From assembly GCF_018350175.1 (NCBI RefSeq), contig NC_058368.1:49353815-49417814 (forward strand): a stretch of 64,000 nt of DNA. The letters are read 5' to 3'. This document shows, one piece after another, positions 1 through 11,870 of the stretch. Position numbers and translations under genes: made by a program. Numbering within the stretch: position 1 is the stretch's first letter; each line of letters opens with the position of its first letter. A model generated the notes under the pieces. The model was not told where the DNA came from and ran no database searches. It saw nothing but the letters and a program-made list of their open reading frames with translations. This DNA comes from Felis catus (lineage: Eukaryota).

Positions 1-12
1 GAAGGAGCCTTG

Positions 13-904
13 CCAACAGGTACATGAAAAGATACTCAAAGATCATCAGGGAAATTCAAATCAAAACAATGAGACATCACCTCATACCTGTTAAAATGGC
101 TATTATCAAAAAGACAAGAAATAACACGTGTTGGCAAAGATGTGGAGAAAAGAAATCTTTGTGCACTGTTGGTGGGAATGAAAACTGGTGGTGTAGCCAC
201 TGTGGAAAACAATACAGAGATACCTCAACAACTTAAAATATGACCTAGCAATTCCACTTCTGGGTATTTATCCAAAAAAAAACCCCAAATACTAATACAA
301 AAAGATATGTACCTCCATGTTAATTGCAGCTCTACAATAAACAAAATATGGAAACAACCTAAGTGTTCACCAATAGATGAATAGATAAAGAAAATATGAA
401 ATGAAGTGTTATTCAGCCATAAAAAAAGAAGGAAATCCTGCCACGTGACAATGTAGATGGATCTTGAAAGCATTATGGTAAGTGAAATAAGTCAGACAAA
501 GAAAGAAATACTGTATGATCTCACTTATATGTGGAATCTTAAAAAAAGAAAACAACAGCTCCTAGATGCAAGAGAACAGATTAGTAGTTGTGAGAAGCAG
601 GGAGGTGGGAGATGGAAGAGGGGGGAAAATGGGTAAAGGATGTCAAGAGGAACAAACTTCCAGTTATAAAACAAGTCATAGGGATGTTAATGTATAGCAC
701 AGTGCTTATAGTTAATACCACATTGGGGATTCAAAAGTTGCTAAGAGTTAACATTAAGCTCTCATCAGAAGAAAATATTTTAACTATGTATGGTGACAGG
801 CCTTAACAAAACAGCATGATCATGTGTAATATATATAAAGATTGAATCCTTACGTTGTACACTTGAAACTAATAATAATATTATATATCAATTATACCTC
901 AAAA
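13..904 (+). mobile_element. 5'-truncated LINE-1 (ORF2 C-terminus + 3'UTR, L1MA9/early carnivore-like)
   Basis: Degenerate ORF2 C-terminal peptide (IIREIQIKTMRHHL...CWQRCGEK) followed by an L1 3'UTR and a short A tail. Flanked by the direct repeat AAGGAGCCTTG at 2-12 and 905-915 (TSD). Confidence 0.9.
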
Positions 905-2203
905 AAGGAGCCTTGTCTGCATTTACGGTCATGGTTTTGCTCTTTAAAAGCTGCAACATCCGTTTACTAGTATTTTATTTTGCATTTTTTGTTTCTTAAG
1001 TGAAATTAGTCCATATAGTATTTTGCTACTGTTATTGTTCATTACTAAATTTTGTTATTCAAGTTCATCATTTTCTCATGATTTGATATTTCACTATAGT
1101 GTAGAAGAATTATCTTTTCCCTTAAAATCATGTGAGAACTGGCCTAAAAACCAAATGGTCCAAAAACACCAATGGGGTGTTTTTGATCCCTTTAATTGCC
1201 TTCTCAATTTGTTTGGTAATAAGGTAAAAGAAGACAGCATGCTGGAGACCATTGAATGTTTTGCTTTTGGAGGAAGTCTCATTTAAGTAAACTCCTTGAG
1301 GTGACAAGAACATTGTGAGGTCAATATAAGAATATGGGCAATCTTGCTTTCAGAGAGCATAGTGGACTAGAGAGACAGAAACTCTATTCCAAAGAATAGG
1401 AGAAAAGTTGTCCTGTGGCCAAGGTGGTTTTCATTTTGGGCAATGCTTGAGTCCTGTGGATAAAAGGCAGTGTGGATGAAATTAGCTAGTCCCAGGTCTC
1501 CCAAATTTGAGACAAAATCACTTTGCTTTGGTATCAGAATTATTTGTGGCAGTGTTTAGAAGAATTCTGTCTTATGTAAAAGGTCAAAAAGTAGAGATTT
1601 CCGACAAAATCTTGTGGTTTGAAGGAATCTGTGACTGGGTGTCAAATCTTATCCAATTTTGGGGGCCTGTCATATGGCCCACACCTTCCAGAAGCCATCT
1701 CTATCTACTGTGTTGATCTGTTCTTCCTCTTAAAACCGGTAGCTCTTAGTAACATAGTTGTCTAATGACGTTTTTTATTAACAAAAGTTTTATTTTGAAA
1801 TAAATTCAGAATTTTGGAAAATTTGCAAAGGTAGTTCAAAAAGTGCATATATCCTTTCTCCCATTTTTCATAATGTTAAATAGGGGTATTTTTGTCAAAA
1901 ATAAAAATTTGACATTGGGACAAAATAATTAAACTATAGACTGCATTCAGATTTCACCAGTTTTTCATCCATGATCTTTCTCTGTTCCAGGATCCAATAT
2001 AGTTTACCATGTTGCATTTAGTCATATCTCTATTCTCCTCTAATTTGTGACAGTCTCAGTCTTTATGCTTTTTTATGATCTTGACAATGGGAAGGATGAT
2101 CAGCTAGGTATTTTTTCCTTTAATTTGTATTTGTCTGTAGCCTTCTCACAATTACAGTGGAAGTACAGGGGGGAAAAAAAGCTATAGAAGTAAGGTGTCC
2201 TTC

Positions 2204-2376
2204 CGCCACAGACTCAATGGTTGTCTCTCTCAAAAATTCTGTGGTGATGGGGTGCCTGGGTGGCTCAGTCGTTCAAGCATCTGACTTCAGTTCAGATCAT
2301 GATCTCACATTCATGAGTTCTAGCCCTGCGTTGGGCTCTGTGCTGACAGCAGAGCTGGAGCCTGCTTCAGATGCTG

Positions 2377-2408
<32 letters not shown>

Positions 2409-2854
2409 TCCACCCCCCCCCCCCCGCACCTCTGTCTCTTAAAAATAAATCAGCATTATTTTTTTTTTAATTAGTATGGTGAGGTCCCAACCCTCCAGTG
2501 TGACGGTATTTGGAGGTAGGGCCTTTAGAAGGTAATTAGGTCAGGAGAGTGGAACCCTCATGAATGGGATTAGTGCCTTTATATGAAGAGGTGAGACACA
2601 GGATTCTCTGGACAGTGAAACTACTCTGTAAGATACTTAATGATAGATACCTATCATTATACATTTGTCCAAACCCAAACAATGTATACGAAGGCTGCTG
2701 TCTGCAAACCAAGAAGAGGACCCTCATTGGACACCAAATCTGCTGGCATTCTTGATATTGGACTTCCCAGCCTCTAAGAGCTATAAGAAATACATGTGTG
2801 TTTTTTTTAAGCCACGAGTCTATAGTAAATATTATAGCAGCCTGATCTAAGACA
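2204..2854 (+). mobile_element. MaLR solo LTR (MLT1A-like) containing a SINE and an L1 fragment
   Basis: MLT1A motifs (GTATTTGGAGGTAGGGCCTTT...CCCTCATGAATGGGATTAGTGCC...GGACTTCCCAGCCTC...CTAAGACA). 5-bp TSD CCTTC/CCCTC at 2199-2203 and 2855-2859. Confidence 0.85.
2249..2468 (+). mobile_element. Carnivore tRNA-derived SINE (Can-SINE/SINEC)
   Basis: GGGGTGCCTGGGTGGCTCAGTC head, (CT)n region and AATAAA tail. Confidence 0.95.
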
Positions 2855-5800
2855 CCCTCTCATCCTAAGATACCAGGAATACATGATATCAATATGACTT
2901 ATCACTGATGATATAAACATTGATCCTCTGATTGATGTGGGACCTTCCAGGTTTTACCACTGTAAAGTCACTATGTTTCCCTTTCCATACTCTATTGTTT
3001 GGAAATTAATCACAAAGTCCAGCTCATACTTAAGGGGAGACAGATTAATCTCAACTTTCTGGATGGTCTCATAGTTGTGATTTGGAGGAATCTGTGACTG
3101 GGTGTCAAATCTGGGTGGATACTTATTTTATTCTGTGGGTTATAACCAAACACAGTCATTATTCTGTTGCTCAGAGTTAAAGTTCTTTTAACATATCACC
3201 AGATGAGTTTGTTCTTCTTCCCCCCTTCCCACTCCTGCAACGTCCAGATAGTCTCAACCCTCCAAATCTAGGCAGTGCTTTCCAGAACTCCTTTGTTGTC
3301 CTCCCTGGGATCCAGCAGAAAGCACTGAATAGAGTAAAGGTTCATCAAATACCTATTGATAGATATTAAGTAAAGAGAGGGAGAGACATATCTTTCACAA
3401 GGTAAGTCTATATGAAAATCATTTCAACCAGATAATTTTCTGCCTTAATCTTGTGGATCTCAGAGGGAAAAATGTTAGAGACATTGAGGTCAATATAAGC
3501 ACACTTAAGGAAAAAGACATCTTCAAGACAATTCTCAGAGGTAAAGAGCTGTTTGTATCCTACTTGGCATAAGCCTTGACTTTTCTCTTTCTATAATGTC
3601 ACATGTGTGTTAGGCATTCTGGCCTTTCCTATAAAACTGCCTATTTGTAAAACTGCCTATTTATAAAGAAGAGCCACAGATTTTGAAAAATCAAGACCCT
3701 AAAGATTAATTTTAAGCAAACTTAAAGTTAAAAAAAAAAACTAGCATTTACCCAACATAAAAAGGAAACACTACAAATTTTAATTACCCTAATTAAAAAA
3801 AAAACCCAACTGTTATTATTGCAATAATCAATTCCAAAGCTGCATATACTAATGAGACAAACACACTACTCTGATACTTGAAAGCTCTTGACCCTAACGT
3901 ACTAGAGATGTGTGATTCTCTAATTAGGATTCACACCATCATATGCTATTACATTTATCAGCCGAGGAATGCGTTTGTAAATTCCTTCCTGTGAGCAAAA
4001 TGCCAAGTGCTCAAAGGCCAAGTCTAAACAGTCAAAATGAAGTAGAATATCAAGTAATTATATAACAAATTTAGACAGTGTAGACAATAATTACTAAGGC
4101 CAAAGCATTCATCCTAGGCAATGGGACACCCAAGTGACTTAAGTATTGGGCTAGCTGCATCTAGACATAATATTGAGTTAAATGCATTATTAGATAGAGT
4201 TTAAGAAGTTTGATTGCTATTTATTCCAATTAAGAAAACAAAAGCTAACTATGTAGAGACAACTATTATGATTGAATTCAAAAAATAAACTGTAAGAATG
4301 ACATTCCAGAGCGTTAACTAGGTTTGCAAGATAGTTGGAAGAATGTTCTGGGGGTGGGGGGTGAGGTGGAGGAAGTTCATCAGTAAAGGAAGTCTACTTT
4401 TCTTATTTCATATTTGAAGTCATCAGATTTGACAAGCTACTAGCCCTCAAAGAGCTTAGTTTTCTAATATACCTTGAAATAGGCTGTCGGCTCTTCTCAC
4501 ACGGGGTCAAAGCTAGAGTGGGCACAGTGTACATGGCAACTCCTATAAATACTATTTCCCCTTTGCTTACTTCAGGAAACACACCACCTGATCCCCAATT
4601 AGCACCATGACTTGCATAAAATGAAAACCCCTATTTGTTTCACTGTGATCCATCAGCAGTGTTTCCCAGGCAGGGCTACATTTAAAGGAAGCTGACAATT
4701 AGAAATGAAGAAAACACACATGCACGCACGCACAAAACTACCATTGTTCTCTTCCACAAGTTTGGAGGTATTCCACATGGGGAGAGAAAAAAAAAGAGAC
4801 TCCAACTTCTTAAATTTCCAGCACTAACACTTCCTGCTCCTCTCTCCGCAGTTATTTCAAAGCACAGTTTCATCCGGCAACTGGGGGACATCAGAGCCTA
4901 GACCTCAGTCATGGTGGGAAGCACGGCCTCTTTGCCTCAGAAAAGCCTCAGGGTTGAAAGGGGTCCTGTTCACTGCTGTTTCAAATTCTAGTTTGTTATA
5001 GTGTGCAGTAGAAAAAAAAATTGTTTGGGGAAACCGGGAGTGGTGGCTGCTACATGAGAACTGCATGGCAGTGAGCCAATTACCCAGCTCCCCTGTGCTC
5101 CTGGATCAGTGAGCCAGGAGGGCTCTCTCTGTTGGGACCACACCCTCTGTCCCATTTCCAACACTTCTGAAGCCATCTATTACAAACAGTTCTTTAGAAA
5201 GATAAGAAGAAAAAAAAAACTGATTATGGTAGTTGATGAATACTGAATGTGGCATATTTTCTCTGAAAATGACTTGATCAAAACATACTACCTAAGTTTT
5301 ATTTTAGTATCAATTAATGTGGGTTAGGGAAGGCTGGTTTGGAGGTGTTTTTCCAGTGTTAAATCAAATTGCACAGGAAGAAGTGGAGGAACAGACTCTC
5401 TATTCCTTATTCCTTTTCATATTTATAGTTATTGTTTACCAAAGACTAATCTTTTCTCTACCCTGGTACTTCACAGCTATGTGTTTATCATTACTATATG
5501 AGCATTATAGGCAAATAGTTTATCTTGCAGGATTTGAGATTGTAATTTAAATAGAAATAAAATTTTCTTTGGGCATAAAGGCACATATAACGGGATAAAT
5601 CTGTTAGTATAAACCTGGAAATGCCCAGTGCTCTACAGCTCTGAATTTCAAATTCTCAAAGTAGGAGAATAACCATCTTGTAACAGACTTAAGATTTTTG
5701 TTTTTGCCTAAGGTAGAGAGAAATTTAATATTTTCATTTCACTAAAAGACAAGAAACTTTTTAAAAACTAAGACCTGGCCAAAATATTACACTGGAATTA

Positions 5801-5891
5801 TGTAACTAGAGAAGCTTCCTAAAAGGTTTCACGCTGAGAGATCAGAGGAGGGAAATTTAGGATCCCTTTATTTAGAAACAATTTAACTACT

Positions 5892-6110
5892 GGGGCGCCT
5901 GGGTGGCTCAGTCGGTTAAGCGGCCGACTTCGGCTCAGGTCGTGATCTCACGGTCTGTGAGTTCGAGCCCCGCGTCGGGCTCTGTGCTGACAGCTCAGAG
6001 CCTGGAACCTGTTTCAGATTCTGCGTCTCCCTCTCTCTGACCCTCCCCTGTTCATGCTCTGTCTCTCCCTGTCTCAAAAATAAATAAAACGTTAAAAAAA
6101 AATAAAAAAA
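5892..6110 (+). mobile_element. Felid Can-SINE, low divergence
   Basis: Full head with retained CpGs and an A tail. TSD AAACAATTTAA(C/T)TAC at 5876-5890 and 6111-6125. Confidence 0.97.
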
Positions 6111-6199
6111 AAACAATTTAATTACAGAAAACATCTAAACACATCATTTGATATCCTCAGACATGAAAAAAATGCAGTTATAATTAAATCCAGGTGATA

Positions 6200-6530
6200 A
6201 CTTTTACCAAGAGTGGCCAGGTAGTTCCTGTGGTGGGGGGCACATCATGCGACCCCTGCAGTAGCCAGGAGGGAAGCATCAATGAGGAAAAGTGAACTAG
6301 AACGTACCTGGAGAGCAAGGCTATCAAGGCCTCCAGACAACTGTGGCACGAGAATAGTTGCCCAGGGCTGCTATCACTGTTATTTTTTCAAGAGATGCTT
6401 AGAATTTAGATTTTTATGAGAGATCTCTTATTTTTCATATATTGGAAATTTTTTTTCCTTTTCTGAAAAGTTTTCTGGCCAAACAACACAAGGTTGGATT
6501 AGGCCCCCAGAAAGCCAGCTTATCCCTCGG
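6200..6530 (+). mobile_element. hAT-Charlie non-autonomous DNA transposon (MER102-like)
   Basis: TTTTTTCAAGAGATGCTTAGAATTTAGATTTTTATGAGAGATCTC...TGGCCAAACAACACA...GGATTAGGCCC resembles the MER102 consensus. Left boundary uncertain. Confidence 0.55.
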
Positions 6531-6661
6531 ATTTAGAAGGATTCCATGGGAGCAAAGGAGTAAAAATGCTAGGTAGGCAATCAATCAAACTGCAAATGTC
6601 ACTCAGTAAGTGCACTGAGATGACCAGTTTACTGAGGATACAATGTACCTTCTAAGGATGC

Positions 6662-7025
6662 TACTATGGACTCAATGTTTCTGTCCCTCCAAAATTCATG
6701 TGAAAGTCCTAATCCCAATGAGACGATATTTAAAGGTGGGGCCTTTGGGAAGTAATTAGGTTTAGATAAAGTTATAAGAGTGGAGCCCCCATGATGAGAT
6801 TAGTGTAATTATGAGAAGAGGAAAAGACCAGAGCCCTTTCTCTCTGTCATGGGAGAAAACAGAAGGCCCGGCTGTCTGTAAAGGAGGCAGATGGCTCTCA
6901 CCAGAGCCCAACCATAGCAGCACTCTGATCTTGGACTTCTAGTCTCCAGAACTGTGAGAAATAAAGTTGGTTCTTTAAGCCACTCAGGATATAGTATTTT
7001 TGTTACAACAGCCCAAACTAAGGCA
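6662..7025 (+). mobile_element. Intact MaLR solo LTR (MLT1A-like)
   Basis: Complete LTR from T(A)CTATGGACT to CTAAGGCA. Perfect 5-bp TSD GATGC at 6657-6661 and 7026-7030. Confidence 0.92.
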
Positions 7026-8370
7026 GATGCTTAACTTAAAATTACTGCGTAACTCTTGATGAGGCACAATATCTTCCTCGCAATATTCACATTAATGTTT
7101 TTCATTTCAACTTTTAATGTTTGTGATAATGTAATGCTCTACTTCCATGAGTCTTTTTGTTTGCTAGGAAAAAATGGAGAAGTCACGTATGGTATTTGGC
7201 CAGGACTGCCCAAATTTTGTTGCAGGCGGGACCTAATAGGAACTTGGACCATGAGGTCAGCACACAAATGTCATGGACTCCGGGCTGAACCCAACAGGAT
7301 TTTTTCTTGTTCTATGCTTCCAAAGATTCCTCGTTGCAGACAAAGAGACCAGACTAGCCTCCAGGAGACAGAACCAACAGTAAGACATAAGAAGGCAAGC
7401 CAGAAAAAGGTGGACCACACAGATACAGAGAACAATCACAGGAAAATAAAGCTGGAGCCAGGTACAATGTGAAGACAGGGAGCTCTGGAGGAAGTCTTAG
7501 GGCCACTTGCACATCCCACCATCCCTCATACAGGTAACCCTGGTCAGCCTCATAGAAGACAAAATGCTACCCAAAGGGATCAGACAAGTGTACATTTGGG
7601 AAGACCCAGAAACTCCAAGAGCAATAATTGTGCACCAGCAGATTATTAAGTACAGGTATGAAACATGGACAAATTTGGATATTGCTCTATATTGGATACA
7701 TTTTAAAGAACTTCCTTTCTGAAAATATTTGGGCATATTTGCAAATAAAATTAGAGTTCTATGGTGCTCAGAGCTCTGGCTTATAGCTGCCATTCTCAGC
7801 CTTTGCATTTGAATGATACTTTAAATAAAGATATTTAAAAAAGCATTTTTTGGCAAAAGGGTATGGGTGGAGCCACACATAGAAAATTCATCCTTGAATG
7901 ACAATTACTGCACCAATAGAAACACCTCCAAAAAGAACAAGCTAAAGACTCCCCAAGTCCCATGCCATTCAGTGTATTTTCTTGAAGAGGCCATTAATAC
8001 AGGTCTACATCAAAGTGAGGAGTATCCAGTGTCATAATTTCAGTACCACCTTCTAAATCCATGAAGCAGCACGCTCATGTAAAGAGTGTAGAACCACAGC
8101 ATAAAATTGTACTACATTTGATATGACAACTACCTCGTTAGAATTGAAGTTGATTTTCGAGGAATCTTTAGGAGGTTATGAAATCCATTTTGTGCCTCAT
8201 GTAATCACTGATTAGTCCTCTTGCAACCTCTATCCTGCCCCCTTTTTTGTTCTGTGGTTCACATCGAATACATACCCAATCTTGACAGGATGGTCTTTGG
8301 CTTAACATCAACCTTTTCCATGATAGGAAACTCCAGGAAACCCTTCGTATCAGTGATTTCTTTTAAGTTA

Positions 8371-8403
8371 TTTTTCTTTAATTTGTTACAATGTTTTATT
8401 TAT

Positions 8404-8445
<42 letters not shown>

Positions 8446-8601
8446 AGCAGGGGAGAAGCAAAGAGAGAAGGAGGCAGAGGATCTGAAACGCATTCCATGC
8501 TGACAGGAGAGAGCCCCATGCGGGGCTCAAACGCAACAACCATAAGATCTTGACCTGAGCAGAAGTCAGATACTTAACCGACTGAGTAACCCAGGAGCCC
8601 C
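8371..8601 (-). mobile_element. Can-SINE
   Basis: T-rich tail, (GA)n and a reverse-complement head ending ACCCAGGAGCCCC. AAGTTA lies on both flanks. Confidence 0.95.
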
Positions 8602-8744
8602 AAGTTAGAATTATACCAGTGATTTCTACTCTGGTAGAAAAGCTCTTTAAAATCTAACAAACAAACAAACAAACAAAAAACTGTGGAATGCATGACTATG
8701 TGAAATGTTTTCCATTTTCATTTCATTTCAAAATGGCTGAGTGA

Positions 8745-8964
8745 GGGGCACCTGGGTGGCTCAGTGGGTTAAGTGTGTGACTTCACCTTAGGTCATGATC
8801 TTACGGTTTGTGGGTTCCAGCCACGCATCAGGCTCTGCTGTTAGCACAGGTTCTATGGATCTATGCTGGATCCTATGTCTCCCTCTCTCTCTGCCCCTCC
8901 CCCAATCATGCTCCCTCACTCTCTCTTTCCTTCTCTCAAAAATAAATGTTTAAAAAATTGTTTT
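8745..8964 (+). mobile_element. Can-SINE
   Basis: Typical head and tail. TSD AAATGGCT(G/C)AGTGA at 8731-8744 and 8965-8978. Confidence 0.95.
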
Positions 8965-9351
8965 AAATGGCTCAGTGAATTAGAAATAAAATTGTGGTTA
9001 AACCATTTAGCACTAGTCTAAATATAGGCATATCTATAATCTCCCTTAAATTATGCTAAAAGTTTCAGGTTCAAAAAAGCTATAGTTTTTCTCCTTGCTT
9101 ATCAACTGCCCTCATATATGCTTGCTTTATATTATTTATATTGGCTTTTAGTTATTTCACTTAACTAAATTTGAAGAAACTTTCTTTGTACATTCATTCA
9201 AATGTACCATTGAACCTTTAAGTGTCAAGTATAATACAAAATTATTCCAGCCAGCCACATAGTATCTATTTGGATGCAGCTAAGTTGCTACGTAAATGAG
9301 GAAAGAATTTTGTTTTGAATAAATACACTTTTATTTTTTTTCTTACAATTT

Positions 9352-9749
9352 TCATGTATTGAATTGTATTCTCCCTACTACATTCCTATGTTGAAGTCCA
9401 AACCCCCAGTAACTTAAAATGTGAGAATATTTGCAAACATGAAGTGGTCAAGTTAAAACATCATTAGGATAGGCTCTTGTCCATTGTAATTGGTATCCTC
9501 AAAAAAAAGGGGGGGGGGGAAATTTGGACACTCAGATACACACAGAGGAAAGATAATGTAAATAGACAAAGACACCTTACAAGCTAAGGAGAAAGGCCTA
9601 GAACAAATTCTCCCCTCACAGCCTAAGAACCAACCCTGCTGACCTTTTGATATGGACTTCTAGACTTCAAAACTGTGAAACTATACATTTCTGTTGATTA
9701 AGCCACCCAATGTGGTGCTGTGTTACAGCTGGCTTAGTAAACTAATACA
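9352..9749 (+). mobile_element. MaLR solo LTR (MLT1B-like)
   Basis: ATGTTGAAGTCC...CCCCAGTA...GAAATTTGGACAC...CAACCCTGCTGAC...AAACTAATACA terminus. Confidence 0.8.
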
Positions 9750-9795
9750 AAAACATACATTTATGGTGTATTGGAATAAGCACCAAATAAAACAG

Positions 9796-9869
9796 GAATG
9801 GTTTTCCTTAACTAGGGATGGTTTTCCTTAACTAGGGATGGTTTTCCTTAACTAGAGATGGTTTTCCTT
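9796..9869. repeat. 20-bp tandem repeat, ~3.7 copies of GGATGGTTTTCCTTAACTAG
   Basis: Directly visible with period 20. Confidence 0.95.
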
Positions 9870-10052
9870 TCCAGGCATATTTAGTACTATCTGGAAACAT
9901 TTTTGGTTCCCCCAGCTTGGGGGGATGGGTACTACTGGAATCTAGTGGGTAGAGACCAAGGATACTGCTAAATATCCAACAACATATAAGACAGTCCTCA
10001 CAACAAAGCATCATCTAGGCTAAGATGTCATATAGCTGAAGTTGAGAAACAC
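9797..10052 (+). mobile_element. MER20 (hAT-Charlie MITE)
   Basis: CTGGAAACATTTTTGGTT...TACTGGAATCTAGTGGGTAGAGACCAAGGATACTGCTAAATATCC...GTTGAGAAAC matches the MER20 consensus. Confidence 0.85.
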
Positions 10053-11086
10053 ATCAAGTGTCAGAAGTCTGGGCCTGTCTTTGTCTCCTACTGTTACTTG
10101 GTTATGCCAGATGCTTAAATAATCATGAATTTGTTGTTAACAGCTATAAAATGGAAAGATCTTATGATACAGATGAAAGCAAGAAATATATATGGTGGTG
10201 TATAAAGAGAAGGGTAAATGAGAGCTAACAGTTGAAGTTACGATGCCTTTCACTGAGAGGTAGTGGTAGCATTGTTATGGGACAGGGCAGGGGTAGGGTG
10301 GGAATGGGAAAGGAAAGGGTTGGGAACAGAAGAAGGGAGATGGACAGTCATATTATCCCACCTTAAAGCCAAATCATTGAGGGGAGGCATCTGTGTACAG
10401 AAAAGACAATTTTACCTGTGGGTTAATTTTATGTAACTTTGCCTCCTGTTTCACTAAAGCTAGTCTTTATGGTACCTCTGGTAAAATTAGAAAGATGTAC
10501 CCCCTCTGGGAACACAGCTGTGCAGTGAGTAAAGCTCAAAGTAAAATGTAGCCCTTCCTCCATGGTGGACACTATCCTTTCCAGGGCCAAGCTGTATGAA
10601 CTGGGCTTCAGTCCTACATGCCCCGTGGACTAGGCACTGTTGTGTAGAGGTTTCCAAATTGCCCAACTGTCTACAATGGCCTGACAAGGGCTATGAAGAT
10701 ATCTATTGGTGTTTTTGGATTAGTCTACAGAATCAGTTACACTAATGCATACCCGAGACAGTACGTGTACCTGTGGCTCTTGAAAGGGCAGAGGAAATAC
10801 GTACAACGGAGGCCCAGGGAAGGCTAAGAGAGCTGTGTGGGGAAGAGTGAAACAAAAGCTAATGGGAACATCAAAGAGGAACACATTCTCAGTCACAGAA
10901 GCTAAAAGGACACAAGTCAAAAGATTAGGATTTGGATGTACAGGACCTTGCATAAGTGTTGATTAAGTCAAAGGATATCCATATTTCTCCTATTTCCTGT
11001 GGCACTGGAGAGGAGGTATGTCCCAGGAAGCTCTGTATTCCATGACAGTATCTGAGAAGCTCACTAATCTCATTGGACTAATTAAA

Positions 11087-11650
11087 TGTGATGGGTATTT
11101 TTATGTCAATTTGGCCAGGCCACAGTGCCCAGATATGTGGACAAGCATTATTCTGGATGTTTCTGTGAGTATTGTTTGGAGTGAGATTAACATTTCAGTA
11201 TGTGGACTCTGAGTAAAGCAAAGTATCCCCTCATATACCCAAGAATATGGTGGGCCTCCTCCAATCGGTTGAAGGCCTTATAAACCAAAGGTAGATCTCC
11301 AGAAACAAGGCATTTTGCCATCAGACTACCTTTGGTTTTGAACTTCAACTCTTCTCTGACTCTCTAACCTGCTATCTTATCCCATCAGATTTTGGACTAG
11401 CCAAGCCTCCACAACTGTGGTCAGCCAATTCCTTAAAGTAAGTCTCTTTACATGTATATGTATGTATGTATGTACATGTATATATGTACATATGTATGTA
11501 TTTATACATATATAAAGAGATATATACATATATGTATATATATGTATATATGCGTATATGTATATGTGTGTATATATACACACATATATATGTATACACA
11601 CACACACATATACATACGCACACACATATTGGTTCTGTATAACCCTAATA
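11087..11650 (+). mobile_element. ERVL solo LTR (MLT2B-like)
   Basis: TGTGATGG start, TTTATGTCAATTTGGCCAGGCCACAGTGCCCAGATA, AGCCAATTCCTTAAAGTAA, and the internal (TA)n expansion typical of MLT2. Confidence 0.85.
11451..11628. repeat. Compound (TA)/(TG)/(CA) microsatellite
   Basis: Directly visible, inside the MLT2 LTR. Confidence 0.95.
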
Positions 11651-11710
11651 AGTTTAATAGTTTTGATGATAAGAATAAGCCAGGAAATATATCAGACAAA
11701 TGGGTTTTTC

Positions 11711-11870
11711 CATTTGAGACTCATACAATTGTGAGGTAGATACTGCTATAATTCAAGACATACAAATGAGGAAACTGAGGCATAGAAAGGATAAGTAACT
11801 TATTCAAGTTACTGAGCTAGAGATTCTACCACTCTGACATCAGAACACATAACCTTAGCTATGGCACTAA
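11711..11870 (-). mobile_element. MIR SINE
   Basis: MIR core ACAAATGAGGAAACTGAGGCATAGAAAGG...AAGTAACTT. Confidence 0.8.

Larger units (their letters stand above)
1790..3172 (-). mobile_element. Old L1 3'UTR (L1MC4-like), interrupted by an MLT1A LTR
   Basis: Resembles the L1MC 3'UTR consensus (TTCAGATTTCACCAGTTTTTC...CTGTTCCAGGATCCAAT; CCACTGTAAAGTCACTATGTTTCCCTTTCCATACTCT) and continues on both sides of 2204-2854. Confidence 0.7.

Noticed and set aside
1316..3499. 15-bp exact match TGAGGTCAATATAAG at 1316-1330 and 3485-3499
   Set aside because: It is short and brackets no coherent element. It could be chance or two ancient CR1/L3-like remnants.
3632..3663. 16-bp tandem duplication TAAAACTGCCTATTT(G/A)
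   Set aside because: An ordinary slippage duplication with no further structure.
7056..7472. 138-aa ORF with a hydrophobic N-terminus and a purine-rich exon-like segment (~7339-7461)
   Set aside because: It has a non-ATG start, no recognisable homology, weak splice donors and no partner exons. It cannot be supported without RNA or conservation data.
8349..8627. CAGTGATTTCT on both sides of the SINE, suggesting extra 5' sequence carried with it
   Set aside because: An alternative TSD (AAGTTA) directly abuts the SINE, so the case cannot be resolved without an empty-site ortholog.
9796..9869. CRISPR-like direct repeats
   Set aside because: The units are contiguous with no spacers, there are no cas genes, and the DNA is mammalian.
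11372..11739. Overlapping Tyr/Ile/Val/Cys-rich ORFs (similar cases at 42800-43064 and 59464-59802)
   Set aside because: These are stop-free translations of microsatellites.
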